From positions 1,054,001 through 1,118,000 of the forward strand of contig CDPCPM010000280.1 of NCBI GenBank assembly GCA_976551045.1: 64,000 bases of DNA, read 5' to 3'. Positions within the stretch are counted from its first letter, which is position 1. Every line of letters starts with the position of its first letter. A program made the translations under genes and the position numbers. Source of the DNA: Glaucostegus cemiculus. Lineage: Eukaryota. The notes below the pieces were generated by a model. It saw only the letters and a list, made by a program, of their open reading frames with translations, ran no database searches and had not been told where the DNA came from. Shown piece by piece: positions 53,740-64,000 of the stretch.

Positions 53740-55760
53740 CATCATTGTACAGTGGGGTTCCCTAGGGGTCAGCACCAGGACCACTGCTTTACTTAATACA
53801 TATTAGTGAATTAGACTTGGCTGGACAGGGAGCAATCTGACTGCATTTTATGTACAATCTGATTAAACTTTTTGAAGAGGTATCAAAGTTTATAGATGAA
53901 GGCAGTGCAGTAGATGTGGTTTACATGGACTTCAGTAAGGCCTTTGACAAGGTCCCACATGAGAGACTGATATAAAAGGTTAAGGCCCATGGGATCCAGG
54001 GAAATTGATAAATTAGAACCAAAATTGGCTTGACAATAGGAGACAAAGGTGATGGTAGAGGGTTGTTTTTGTGATTGAATGCCTGCGCCCAGTGGTGTCC
54101 CACAGCTAGGACCCTTGCTGTTTGTAACATACCTGGATGTGAATGTAGGAGGCGTGATCAGTTAGTTCACAACTGTGAACTGTGGTAGGGTCCCAGGGAT
54201 TATTAAGGAACACAGGTGTACAAGTCCAAATATCCTTGAAAGTAACAGCGCAGGTAGATAACAAAGTTAAAAAGGCATATGAAGTACTGACCTTCATTAG
54301 TTGGGGCATTGAATACAAGAGCAGGAAGGTTATGTTTCAACCTTATAAAACATTGGTCAGGCCTCAGCTGGAGTACTGTGTGTAGTTCTGGTCATTGCAT
54401 TATAGGAAAGATGTGATAGCACTGGCGAGGATGCAGGGGAGATTCACCAGGATATTGCTGGGAATGGAGCGTTTCAGTTATGAGGAGAGACTGGGGAGGC
54501 TGGGTCTCTTTTCCCTGGAGCAGAAGAGGTTGAGAGAGGACATGATTAAGGTATATAAAGTTATGAGGGGTATAGATAGGGCAGACTGCAGGAAATCTTT
54601 CCCTATATCAGAGGTTGATAGAACTCGAGGACATAGATTTAGGGTAGTGGGTAAAAGATTTAGAGGGGATCTGAGGGAGACCTTTTTTTAACAAGAGAGT
54701 GGTGATTACCTGGAATACACTGCCAGAGAGAGTGGTGGAAGCAAAGTCTGATAGCATTTAGGATGTGTCTACATAAGCACTTGAATCACCTTAGGTATAG
54801 AAGGCTATGGGTCAGTGTGCTGGAAGCTGGGATTAAAATGGATGGATGCCCATTGGTCAGCATGGACTTGGTGGGTGAAACAGCCTGTTTCCATGCTGTA
54901 TGTCTCTTTCACTCTAATTTCCATATTTTGGCACAAAACTTGGAGGTGCAGTGAACAGTGAGGATAGTAATAGGAGATATAGAATGGCTGATGGAATGGT
55001 TGCATAGGAAATTGATGAAATGTAAAACTGAAAAATGTGAAGCATTTTATTTTGGTAGAAAGATTGAGAAGAGACGATATAACTAGAGGATACGTTTCCA
55101 AAAGGAGTACACAGACAAAGAGATCTGTGGGTACTTGTGCACAGTTTGTTGAAAGTGGCTGAGCAGGTTTGGAAATTAGGTAAGAAAACATATGGGAACT
55201 TAGGTATAAGTAAAGACACTGAGCACCAGGATAATGAAGTCTTGATGAATCTTCATAAAACACTAGTTTAGCCACACATGGAACATTGGGTCCAAGTCTG
55301 GACACCGCACTCTGATGTAAAGGTGTGGAAGAGAACCAAAATGGTTCTAGGGGTGAGGGACTTTAGGTATAGATAGAGATAGAGTGGAGAAGCTGGAATT
55401 GTTCTCCGTGGAAAGGAGGAGGTTGTGGATAGATCTGATCAGGGTATTTAAGATCATGAAGGGCATAAACAGAATGGATAGAAGTAAACTCTTCCCATTA
55501 GCAGCTGGGTGAAGAATTAGGGGGATGATGATCGAGGATGGTTGTTAAAACAAAAGTGACATGAGGATTTTTTTTACACATAGCAAGTGGTTAGGATCTG
55601 GACTGCCTTACCAACAGGAAGCTGGATAAGTATCTGAAAGGAAAGAATTACAGGGCCTTTGTGGCTAGAGAGTGGGATTAGCTGAATTCCTCTTACATAG
55701 AGGCAGAACGAACGTGATGGACCAAATGCTCTCCTTCCCTGATGTAAATATTATGTATTT
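53740..55760 (+). mobile_element. Older CR1 LINE fragment split by a nested CR1
   Basis: SGVP.GS..GPLL.LI.I.ELDL at 53750-53835; resumes with TKLGGAVNSE at about 54925; decayed C-terminus and tail to about 55760. Confidence 0.75.
53838..54914 (+). mobile_element. Nested CR1 LINE (RT start, internal deletion, C-terminus, tail)
   Basis: NLIKLFEEVSKFIDEGSAVDVVYMDFSKAFDKVPHERL; YKTLVRPQLEYCV; LGLFSLEQKRLREDMIKVYK; tail gcctgtttccatgctgtatgtctct. Confidence 0.85.
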
Positions 55761-56465
55761 CTCTAAGTGGGCATATGTACCATGCAAGCAAGTCTTTCAG
55801 CTACTGGAGAGTGATGCTGCAATGATGTGATGAAGGAGGCTAAAGGGACCTGGAGAGGGGATGGAGAACACTACTCAGAGGAACCATGTCCTTTGTGCAA
55901 GGCAGCCCACGGAAAAAATGTCAGGAGCCTACCAGGGAGGTCTCTGTAAAGAGTGATCCTATGTGAGCACTGTCAATGAATGCCTGCACTCTGGTGAAGC
56001 CCGCATTCGTACCAATTCCGTAAGCCTGGCTGCTTCTGTGTGCTGAAGGAAAAGGAGATGATATTCTCTGATACATGGAACTTGTTGTCCTCTATAGTGC
56101 AACTGGGAGCAGCAGACTCTGAGATGGAGTTGAGATCAGCATTAGCAGCTCAGGATGATCTTTATGCTGGGAAGCTGAAAGTGACCATGACCTGAACCTT
56201 AATAGGTAAAGTAGTCCAGGCATGTGAGAGCATAATATTGACATTGCAGGAGGTCACATCCTATATGTCAGTGAGGACTGCCATTCTGAACCCTTGCCTG
56301 CTCATTACAGAAGTTTGGCTTCAAGCATGGGTCTCTGTAAACTCTGGGAGGACAAAATCTTGGGACATGAATCCTTCTGTGCCAAGACTCCTACTCTAAC
56401 AAGGTCCCTGTGGCTACCTGAGATGCCTCTAATGTTCAAAGTTCATTTCCATCTTATCCAGCAAA

Positions 56466-56964
56466 AGAAATATTACATGTAAACAAATCCCCTATGGAAG
56501 TCAGTTGTGAGCACAACCAAGTCATTGAAGGTGTAAGAAGGCTTAGTTTTAAGTGTGAGCAGCATGCAGAGTAGCAGTGAGACTGCAAAGTGCTGCAGAA
56601 CAGCCTGGCAAAGAAAGCTATTTGAGTGTTGACCCTGTGGAGTCACAGAATTATACAGCACAAAACAGGCCCTTCAATCCAACTCATCCATGCCAACCAA
56701 AGTGCCTGTATGAGCTAACCCCATTTGCCTGTGTTTGATGCATATCCCTCTAAGCCATCCCTATCCATGTACCTGTCTAAATGTCTTTTAAATATTTCTC
56801 AATGTCTCTTGAACATAGTCATTATACCCACATTTACCACTTTGCAGCCTCACTGCTACTCTGCATGCTGCTCACACTTAAAACTGAGCCTTCTTACACC
56901 TTAATTGATTTTCCTGTACTCACAACTGACTTCCAAAGGGGATATGTTTACACGTAATATTTCT
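56466..56964. repeat. 127-bp inverted duplication (arms 56466-56592 and 56838-56964)
   Basis: Hand alignment gives about 115/127 identity, inner 65 bp 63/65; 245-bp spacer. Confidence 0.9.
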
Positions 56965-58302
56965 ACCACTTCCTCTGGCAGCTCATTCCATCCACCCACC
57001 AGAATCAGAATCAGAATCAGTTTTATTGTCACAACCATATACATACATAGTATGCATAGGAGCGAGATACCGTCCTCCTCAGGTGCTCGTCCCATAAAAT
57101 AACAACCAACAGAGACACACATACACACTTGACAGAATAAACATTAAAAAACATTAAACATTAAAAACTATGGAAGTTAAAATTAAATTAATATGCAGAT
57201 TAAATTAAAAATGGCCGGTAAATAAATAAATAGTTATTAAAGTGAACGGGTTGGTGTCGGGCATTTAAAGTGCTGGTGCATTTCTGTGCACCTAGCATCT
57301 CTTAGTGTTAACAAAGGAAGATGGAGGGATGAGTGAGTTTGCAGTTCTGATGGCTTGCGGAAAGAAGCTATTGTTCAGCCTGGTCGTTCTTGCCCTGATA
57401 CATTTAAGCCTCCTCCCTGATGGCAAAATTGTGAAGAGGTGGTGGGAGGGGTGAGAAGGGTCGGCCATTATGCTTTTGGTCTTCCTCACACAACGGCCTT
57501 TGTATATGTCTGCGAGGGATGGAAACGAGACACCTATGATCCACTCCGCAGCCCTAACTATCTTCTGGAGGGACTTCCGCCCAGCAGCTGAGCAGCTTCC
57601 AAACCAAACAGTGATACATTGAGTTAGGATGCTCTCCATGGTCCCCTACTCTCTGTGTAAAAGACTTGCCACTCAAATCCCCTTTAGATTTTTCTCCTCT
57701 CACCTTAAATCTATATCCTCTAACTTTAGGCTCCTCTAACCTGGGAAAAAGACTGTGATCATTCAACTTATCTATGCCTTTCATGATTTTATATACCTCA
57801 AAAAAATCACCCCTCAGCTTCTTACACTCCAGGGAAAACAGCCCCAGCCTATCCATTCTCTCCTTATAACTCAAGCCACCCAGTCCTGGCAACATCCTTG
57901 TGAATGTTTTCTACACCCTCTCTAGCTTAAACACATCCTTCCTATAGCTAGGCAACCAGAATTGCACACAATATTCCAAGTACAGTCTCACCAACTTCTT
58001 GTACAGCTGTAACATGACATCCCAATTCTTGGACTCAGTGCCCTGACTACTGAAGGCCTTCTTCACCACCCTGTCCAGCTGTGGCACCACTTTCAGGGAA
58101 CTATGTACTTATAGCCCTAGGTATTTCTGTTCTACAACACTCCCCAGGGCCCTGCCATTTACTGTGTATGTCCTGACCTGGTTTAACTTCCCAAAATGCA
58201 TCAATTAGTCAGAATTAAATTCCATCTGCCATTCCTTTGCCCATTTTCCCAGTTGATCTAGATCCCGTTGTAATCTTAGATAACTTTCTTCACTGTCCAT
58301 AG
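56642..58302 (-). mobile_element. 5'-truncated CR1/HER1-type LINE carrying two internal insertions
   Basis: Minus-strand MLPGLGGLSYKERMDRLGLFSLE.KKLRGDFFEVYKIMKG...FTQRV; WNELPEEVVE resumes at about 56990; tail at about 56642-56700. Confidence 0.9.
57001..57642 (-). mobile_element. Rex1/Babar-type retrotransposon 3' fragment nested in CR1
   Basis: ORF 57292-57639 ESILTQCITVWFGSC...DPSHPSHHLFTILPSGRR...RTTRLNNSFFPQAIR; (CTGATT)n tail seen as agaatcagaatcagaatcag at 57001-57020. Confidence 0.88.
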
Positions 58303-58309
58303 TAGTATT

Positions 58310-58425
58310 GAACCATAGAACAATACAGCACAATACAGGCCCTTCGGCCCTCCATGTTGTGCCTTCCATCAAACCACACCTCACTATCTAACCCTTTCCT
58401 CCCACATATCCCTCTATCCCACATT
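58310..58425 (-). mobile_element. Short CR1 3' tail, same subfamily as 2370-2770
   Basis: cagcacaatacaggcccttcggccctccatgttgtgcc is the near-exact reverse complement of 2721-2758. Confidence 0.8.
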
Positions 58426-59239
58426 TCCCCATTGTTCCAGGGGAGACAGGGTCAGCAAACAACAACTGTCATTTTTCAGATAAAAACCACGTTGTTAAAA
58501 CTCATGCTGGAGACAAATACTGAGCGTTGCACTTCTGTTGACATAATGTGAAGGAGCCTTACACCAGTCAGGGGTTGGATTTCCCAGCCTGGTGCCAAGA
58601 AATGGGGACAATATTATTCTAGTCTGATTTAAGCCTATTTTTAACTGCATGGTGCCTTTATTATTTTGAAGTTTGTGAGAAAGAACTGTAACACCTAACT
58701 CTGAAATGACACATTGTTCAAAAGCAGTTAGGGATCAACACTCAAATTTTGTCAGTAATGCCCACAACCAGTGAGTGGATACCGAAAGAAAAAAATTGTC
58801 TTCTTTTAATCTTGCAATCTAAGCAGTAACTTCCAGTTGATTAAACCTGCTGAGATGTTTTGTTCCTTTGGGGAGAAAGAATTGGACGAGTTTGCTTCAT
58901 ATAATCATGAAAATGTTATACCAGAGGGGTGGGGGGGGGGGGTGAGTGTCAAATCCATGCAGGCTGTTAGTAGGAGGAATTAAAAAGCAACAATCTGCAG
59001 ACACCGTTAATCTGAAATAAAGAACCCAAGTTGGAAGTTCTTTGAAACATTAATTGCTTTTCTTTCCTCAGATACTGCCTGACCTGTTGAATGTTTACTT
59101 TCTTTCTGTTCGGCAAGAGCAATCTCTGCAAATCTCTTTTCCCTCAGCGCCGCATTTTTTTTTTCCACAACACAACTACTTATCCAGTTTCTTTTTTCCT
59201 TTCCAATTATGACAACATACCTTACTCCCTCCCTTGCAC

Positions 59240-59600
59240 GCTTATTAACCGGGAGCATCCAATTGAGTTGGCGGAGGGTTTGGGTGAGAGGGAGGTGCGG
59301 CCTGTGCTGGGCGCCCGTGACGTTTCCGACCTGCTGAGCGGACAACACCCGCCCGACTCCCGCTCTCGCGTCGACGGCTCATTGTTAGAAAACATGTAAG
59401 TTCTTTCTTCCTTCAGTCTCTACGCTCTCTTTCCAGCAATATGTGGGTTTTTACCCCCCTCTCTCTTCACACTTTCTTCCCGCTGTTTGTGGAGCGGTTC
59501 CCGTCCCCCGACCGTGCCCTCCGGTTTCCAGGCGAGTTCGCAGGCTTTTGCGCTGAGGCAAGGCCGCAGGGGTGAGGCTTGTTTCGATGCAGAATCCGGA
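59240..59600 (+). promoter_or_regulatory. CpG-island promoter
   Basis: The only CpG-dense stretch in a CpG-depleted window; CCAAT about 59259, TGACGT 59318-59323 adjoining TTCCG (ETS core) 59324-59328, GC box ccgccc about 59349. Confidence 0.8.
59330..59395 (+). CDS. VAMP3: Putative first exon of VAMP3 (5' UTR plus AT of a split start codon at 59394-59395); start approximate
   Basis: aaacAT|gtaagt is a strong donor inside the CpG island, with A at -3. VAMP1/2/3 exon 1 contributes only AT, and VAMP3 lies directly downstream of CAMTA1 on the same strand in tetrapods. Identity is inferred; exon 2 is not seen in the window. Confidence 0.7.
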
Positions 59601-60654
59601 AACCTCGGTCCAGGCTTTTATTGGAGCTGAGTAACAAGCATTCAAACCTTTCAGTTGGTAGGACTTCTAAAGGGAGAGTAAGTCCCAACTTTTGTTCCAA
59701 GTGCTGGAGCTTGGTTGGAGTTTTTGCACCTCATGCAGCTTCTGCTGTGGCGACTTTGCAGTTTGACGTTTCCGTCCTGACATAACTGTGGTGGGGGGAA
59801 ATCACTTTCGGAATTGCTGTATTATTTTTGTAATGTCACCTTCCTGATTGTCTTGGAAAATTTTAAAGCTTGCTTTTCCCAGAAGATTCATTGGCTGCTG
59901 CATTCAATCATAGATAACAAAAATGCATCGAGTAGTGTTACAGTTAGTTAAAAACCAGGAGGTTTGATGAAGATCTAATCCTTTTTGTTTCATACTTTTT
60001 TTATTGATGGGAAGTTAGTGGGTTTTTTTCTGTAGGACCTTTTAGGTTTAGATCCAGCCTGAAACACTAAAATTAAAATATATAACCTATTCCAGTCAAG
60101 ATGGGATTTACAAAGTGGGGTAGTATGCTGCAGAACCCATTTTGAAATATTACGAATAGTATGTTGGGGAAATGTGGGAGAATAAAGTTGTTATATTGTA
60201 GAGAAGTGAGATGAATCTGATATAAAGCATAATGAAGTACTTAAACTCCCGTGAGAGACTTCTTCATTCAAATATTCTAACCACCTGTTTAAAAGAATGG
60301 TGTCATTAATAGGTAGTCTGGTATGTCAAGATGTCCTTCCTTACCCTGCCTTCCCTGTTCTTAAAGCTGAACCTTCACATTGAGTGTCTGTTGCTGAAGG
60401 GGTGGAAGAAATTTACTGCATTAGTAATCCAAAACTAGACTAAATTTGCTAGAGCCCAATTCCCACCATACTAAATGATTTTAAATTCAATTAATGTAAA
60501 AAGAAATCTGGATTAAAGTCAATATAGTAATTGTCATTGCCGTGAGCATATTGTTACTAAAAGCTCATCTGCATAGCTGAGGAATTTACTTGTTAGACAT
60601 TCCCATTTAGGCTTCCAGATTGGCATAATTGCATTCCTGAATTTAGATGTACTT

Positions 60655-60810
60655 TCTAATGTAATGCACTTCCCTGTAGCTGTGGCACTTTACTCTGTAT
60701 ACTGTTATTGTTTTTACTCTGTACTACCTCAATGTAATGAATTGATCTGTACGAATAGCACGCAAGATAAGGTTATTCTTGCACTGAGGTACAGTGAAAA
60801 TAAACCAACT
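60655..60810 (+). mobile_element. Rex1/Babar-type 3' UTR fragment
   Basis: Reverse complement of 31760-31940 (ctgtagctgtggcactttactctgta...tgtactacctcaatg...aataaacc). Confidence 0.75.
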
Positions 60811-63800
60811 AGTTGCTTGCATCTACTGACTGGCCCATCTGGAAGTGTAATTTAGATTGCTGACTTCTTGGGCATTGCCTTTTTCATCTGGGGATTAAAC
60901 AAAATTGCATTGTTGGGAAGTGAAGTAAAGGTACTGCTAATTGCTGGCTACAGTGATCTAACAAGGATTTTAAGTTTACATTAAACAAGTACATGTTTGC
61001 TGGTCACAAACTTCTGTGCACACTGCTCAATTCCTCAGTGTCTTTTCCCATATTGGCCAAATAGAAGTTTAGTCATTAGCCTAATTTTTTTCTCCAATAT
61101 TTATTCATCTTCCTATGTTTGAACTTGTAAATTAACACCAGCATTTAAGGCCTGGCACAGCTGATCTTGATGTCAAGTGTTCAGAAAAAGGATGGGTTAA
61201 CTTTTCTCTTTTGAGGTTCATTAAACTTTAAACTGCAGTGACATTTTAAAATTAGTAATACAGTAATTGTTTGGAGTTGTATGCCTTCCAGCTACTGATA
61301 CCAAGGAAGTGATTAAAATGTGCAGTTGTCATCAGCATTTGAAATATGTTGATCTTGGTGTGTGATGTGTGAACCAGGCATGTGGTGTATTTAATGCACT
61401 GTTACTAGTATTTGAATCAGTTTTTCCACAGCAGTGATGCAAAAGGGCTTCACTGGAGCATCAAACAATTTGATACCTGAGGCAGATGAAGAAAGATTGG
61501 GATATTTGACCAAAGAGTTCTTGGGGTGGGGTGATTGAAGAAGTTCAGAGATTAGAACCTAGAAATCTGAAGGCTAAACTATTAGTGAGCAGATTAAAGG
61601 AATATAATTAATTCTGAGCTGTCAGGGCCCCAAAGTTTAGAATCGAACCTGAACAAGCTGTTAGTCATGAGTCCTGATAAATCCTGCCTCTGTTCTACTT
61701 TAACAATGAACACTTCACTACATGGAATGATTTTATATAAAGGCAGTTGTCTTTGTGTACCTTCTGAGCAGCTGACCTGCATGATCTTAAGTTTACTTGT
61801 TATCTGATTATTCTAGACCTAGTGAGATGGAGGCATTAGCCTGGAGAGGCAGCATGCATGTTATTTTTTTTCGGTGGATTTAAAGCTTCTGGGCATCAAT
61901 GGCTGTCTGTGTAAGGGAGGCTTGCTCTTGGGTTGATGATCAAGTAAGTGTATAGTTTTAATTGTTCCTTCTGAGACCACTTTCCTTGTCTTGGGTCACT
62001 GCTGTGAATTTATTGCCGAGTGCTGTAGTCAGCATAGATTTAGCTCAATCAACTCCAAACTGAATTGTTGGCAGAAGAGGGAAATTCACAAATACTTGGG
62101 TTGCTAGTGGTAGCTTTGTGTGTTTGTGAGAGAGAGAAGTTGTCATTTGTCCAATGAGCAGTTTTCACGATTCTGGATGCTAATAAGCTTTTTGGTGTAT
62201 TTCCTCTAGCATTCTCATGCTCCATTATCCAACACCATTGTCTGAATTGAGACCAGATATTGTTAAATCCTACTTTCCTCTGCATGTTTTCTATTGCCAC
62301 CTTTCTTGAAGGTTCAGACACCATGATAAAGCATAGTTCTGTTTAATCCTTAAGTCTGCACACTTAACCAGTTGTAATAATCTTTGATTTAGTAGTGCAG
62401 TTTGCATGAGAGAGGGAAAGGTGTTGGTGGTTGCTGAGATCCACACTGCTTTTTATGGTAACCTGGGCTGCCTCCTCTTTACAGGTAACCTTGGTGAGAT
62501 CTGAAGCTTCAGTATTTCAAACAAAATTGTTTTTTCTTTAACTTGTATAGACTTTGATAACCTCAACATCCCAAAGCACTGCACAGCCAAAGGAGTATTT
62601 GCAATGTAGTTGCTATTGTAACAAAAAATGTAGTGGCTGATTAGTGTATTGTGAGTTCTCAACCACTAAGTCAACAAATGGGATGCTTTTGAGATGCCCG
62701 AGGGTTAAATATTGAACAAGCCCCTTGGAAGAAGTTTCCCTCCTGTTTTGTGCAGATCTTCATGTGTCTCAAGGCAGGTGATCACAACAGATGATATGGG
62801 GAAGAAGGGTTTGAAAAGCAGGATGGAAATTTCACAGTTGAGGCTTGCTGGACCAGGATTCAAGTTAGTGACTATAGTTGATGGGTAAATTTTGGTATGT
62901 TAAAATACTGCAGTGGTTCACAGGTCCTCTCATGTAACATAGTTCTGTCTTGACTTGCACCGAGCTGAAGAGCATGGACTCCTATTTCTTCCTTGTGGGC
63001 TCCAGTGTGTAAACTTAGAAGATTCCACAGTCTGTATGTAATATCATTTGGGAATGAAGTACTCCACCCTCTCAATCTTTAAAGGCATTGTAGCAAATTT
63101 CTGTTGGTTTTGACTGAAATTGACATCCAAAATTGTCTGCCTACTAGATGTTGAATCTTTAGTTTGAGTCAGTGAGATTACTCTGCATCTACTTTATGGC
63201 ATTTTCATTGTTCTTGGTCATTGGTGGAAGTGCGTTGAAGATTTGTTTTGATGCATCTATCACACCTCCAGGATTTCAGAAAGCCTGTTACTTTTACAAT
63301 GATATTTACACATTGAGGTTCTTTGCATACAAATTAGCTCTGCATTACAAACTGTCAAAAAAGCAGCAGTAATGTGATAAGTCTGCTCTGTAGTAATTGC
63401 AATTTGGAGCACAGGGAGTGTTTTCTTGCCTTTTGAAATGTAGTATTATTGGATCTAATCAAGCTGAAGAGAGTATATCTGTAAGAAAGATGGCACCTTT
63501 GGACAATCTAATAAATTCTGCACCACCACTTCTACCATCCCTCACCCTGATGGAATCATTTGGATTTTCTTGTCCTTGGAGGACAGATTTATCCATGACT
63601 TGAGTTTTTAAGTTGTGTGATCACCATAGCTCAGTGGGTCCATCCTAGAGTGAGATTTTTCTTTTGTTTTGCTTGTACTTGGACAATGTTAGAATAAATT
63701 TCAGCCGGACTTGGGCTTCATGCTACAATTGCATTAAACAGCTTGTGGTTAGGAGTGAGATGTTAGAAATCAGTTGGTTTATATCTGTCACAAGCAACGT

Positions 63801-64000
63801 GCTGAGTAGGAAGGATTTGGGTCGAGTTTTTTCACTTGCCTGGGGAAAAGAAAAGATGCCCTTTTTGCTCATGTTGAACTCTTTGCAGGTAGTGTCGTGG
63901 GATATCTTTTGAGCTGGGTGTTTTCCTTTTATTATTCAGAGGCATCAGGGCAACACTTGTTCAGGCATTAGATGAAACTTTTATTCTACTTGTTTCTATA

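Noticed and set aside
59007-59785. Several ORFs over the CpG island
   Set aside because: GC-rich, stop-poor promoter and intron sequence; the peptides are unrecognisable
1-64000. Prokaryotic operon, defence system or novel multi-gene system
   Set aside because: Spliced vertebrate gene, CpG depletion and vertebrate retroelements; no long non-TE ORFs

Overview
Vertebrate nuclear DNA, not prokaryotic. The repeat content (CR1/HER1-type LINEs, HE1/V-SINE, Deu-SINE/SacSINE1-like, Rex1/Babar fragments) points to an elasmobranch (shark or ray; inference). The + strand carries the 3' end of CAMTA1: a 21-nt microexon (3257-3277), an IQ-motif exon (6850-7043), a 75-nt exon (8982-9056), a frame-switching 31-nt cassette exon (13786-13816) and a terminal exon from 36290 read in two frames. 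A ~5.3-kb 3' UTR follows to ~41660 and contains a 133-N assembly gap. After a TE-rich intergenic region, a small CpG island (~59250-59600) holds a putative first exon ending AT|GTAAG, most likely VAMP3 exon 1. Nearly all other ORFs in the track are spurious or decayed retroelement fragments. I found no convincing new biological system. The best second-look items are the CAMTA1 splicing switches, a 127-bp templated inverted insertion, decayed hammerhead-like hairpin repeats, an exon-adjacent minisatellite and nested TE insertions. Homologies and repeat family names are from recall, not database searches, and repeat boundaries are approximate.
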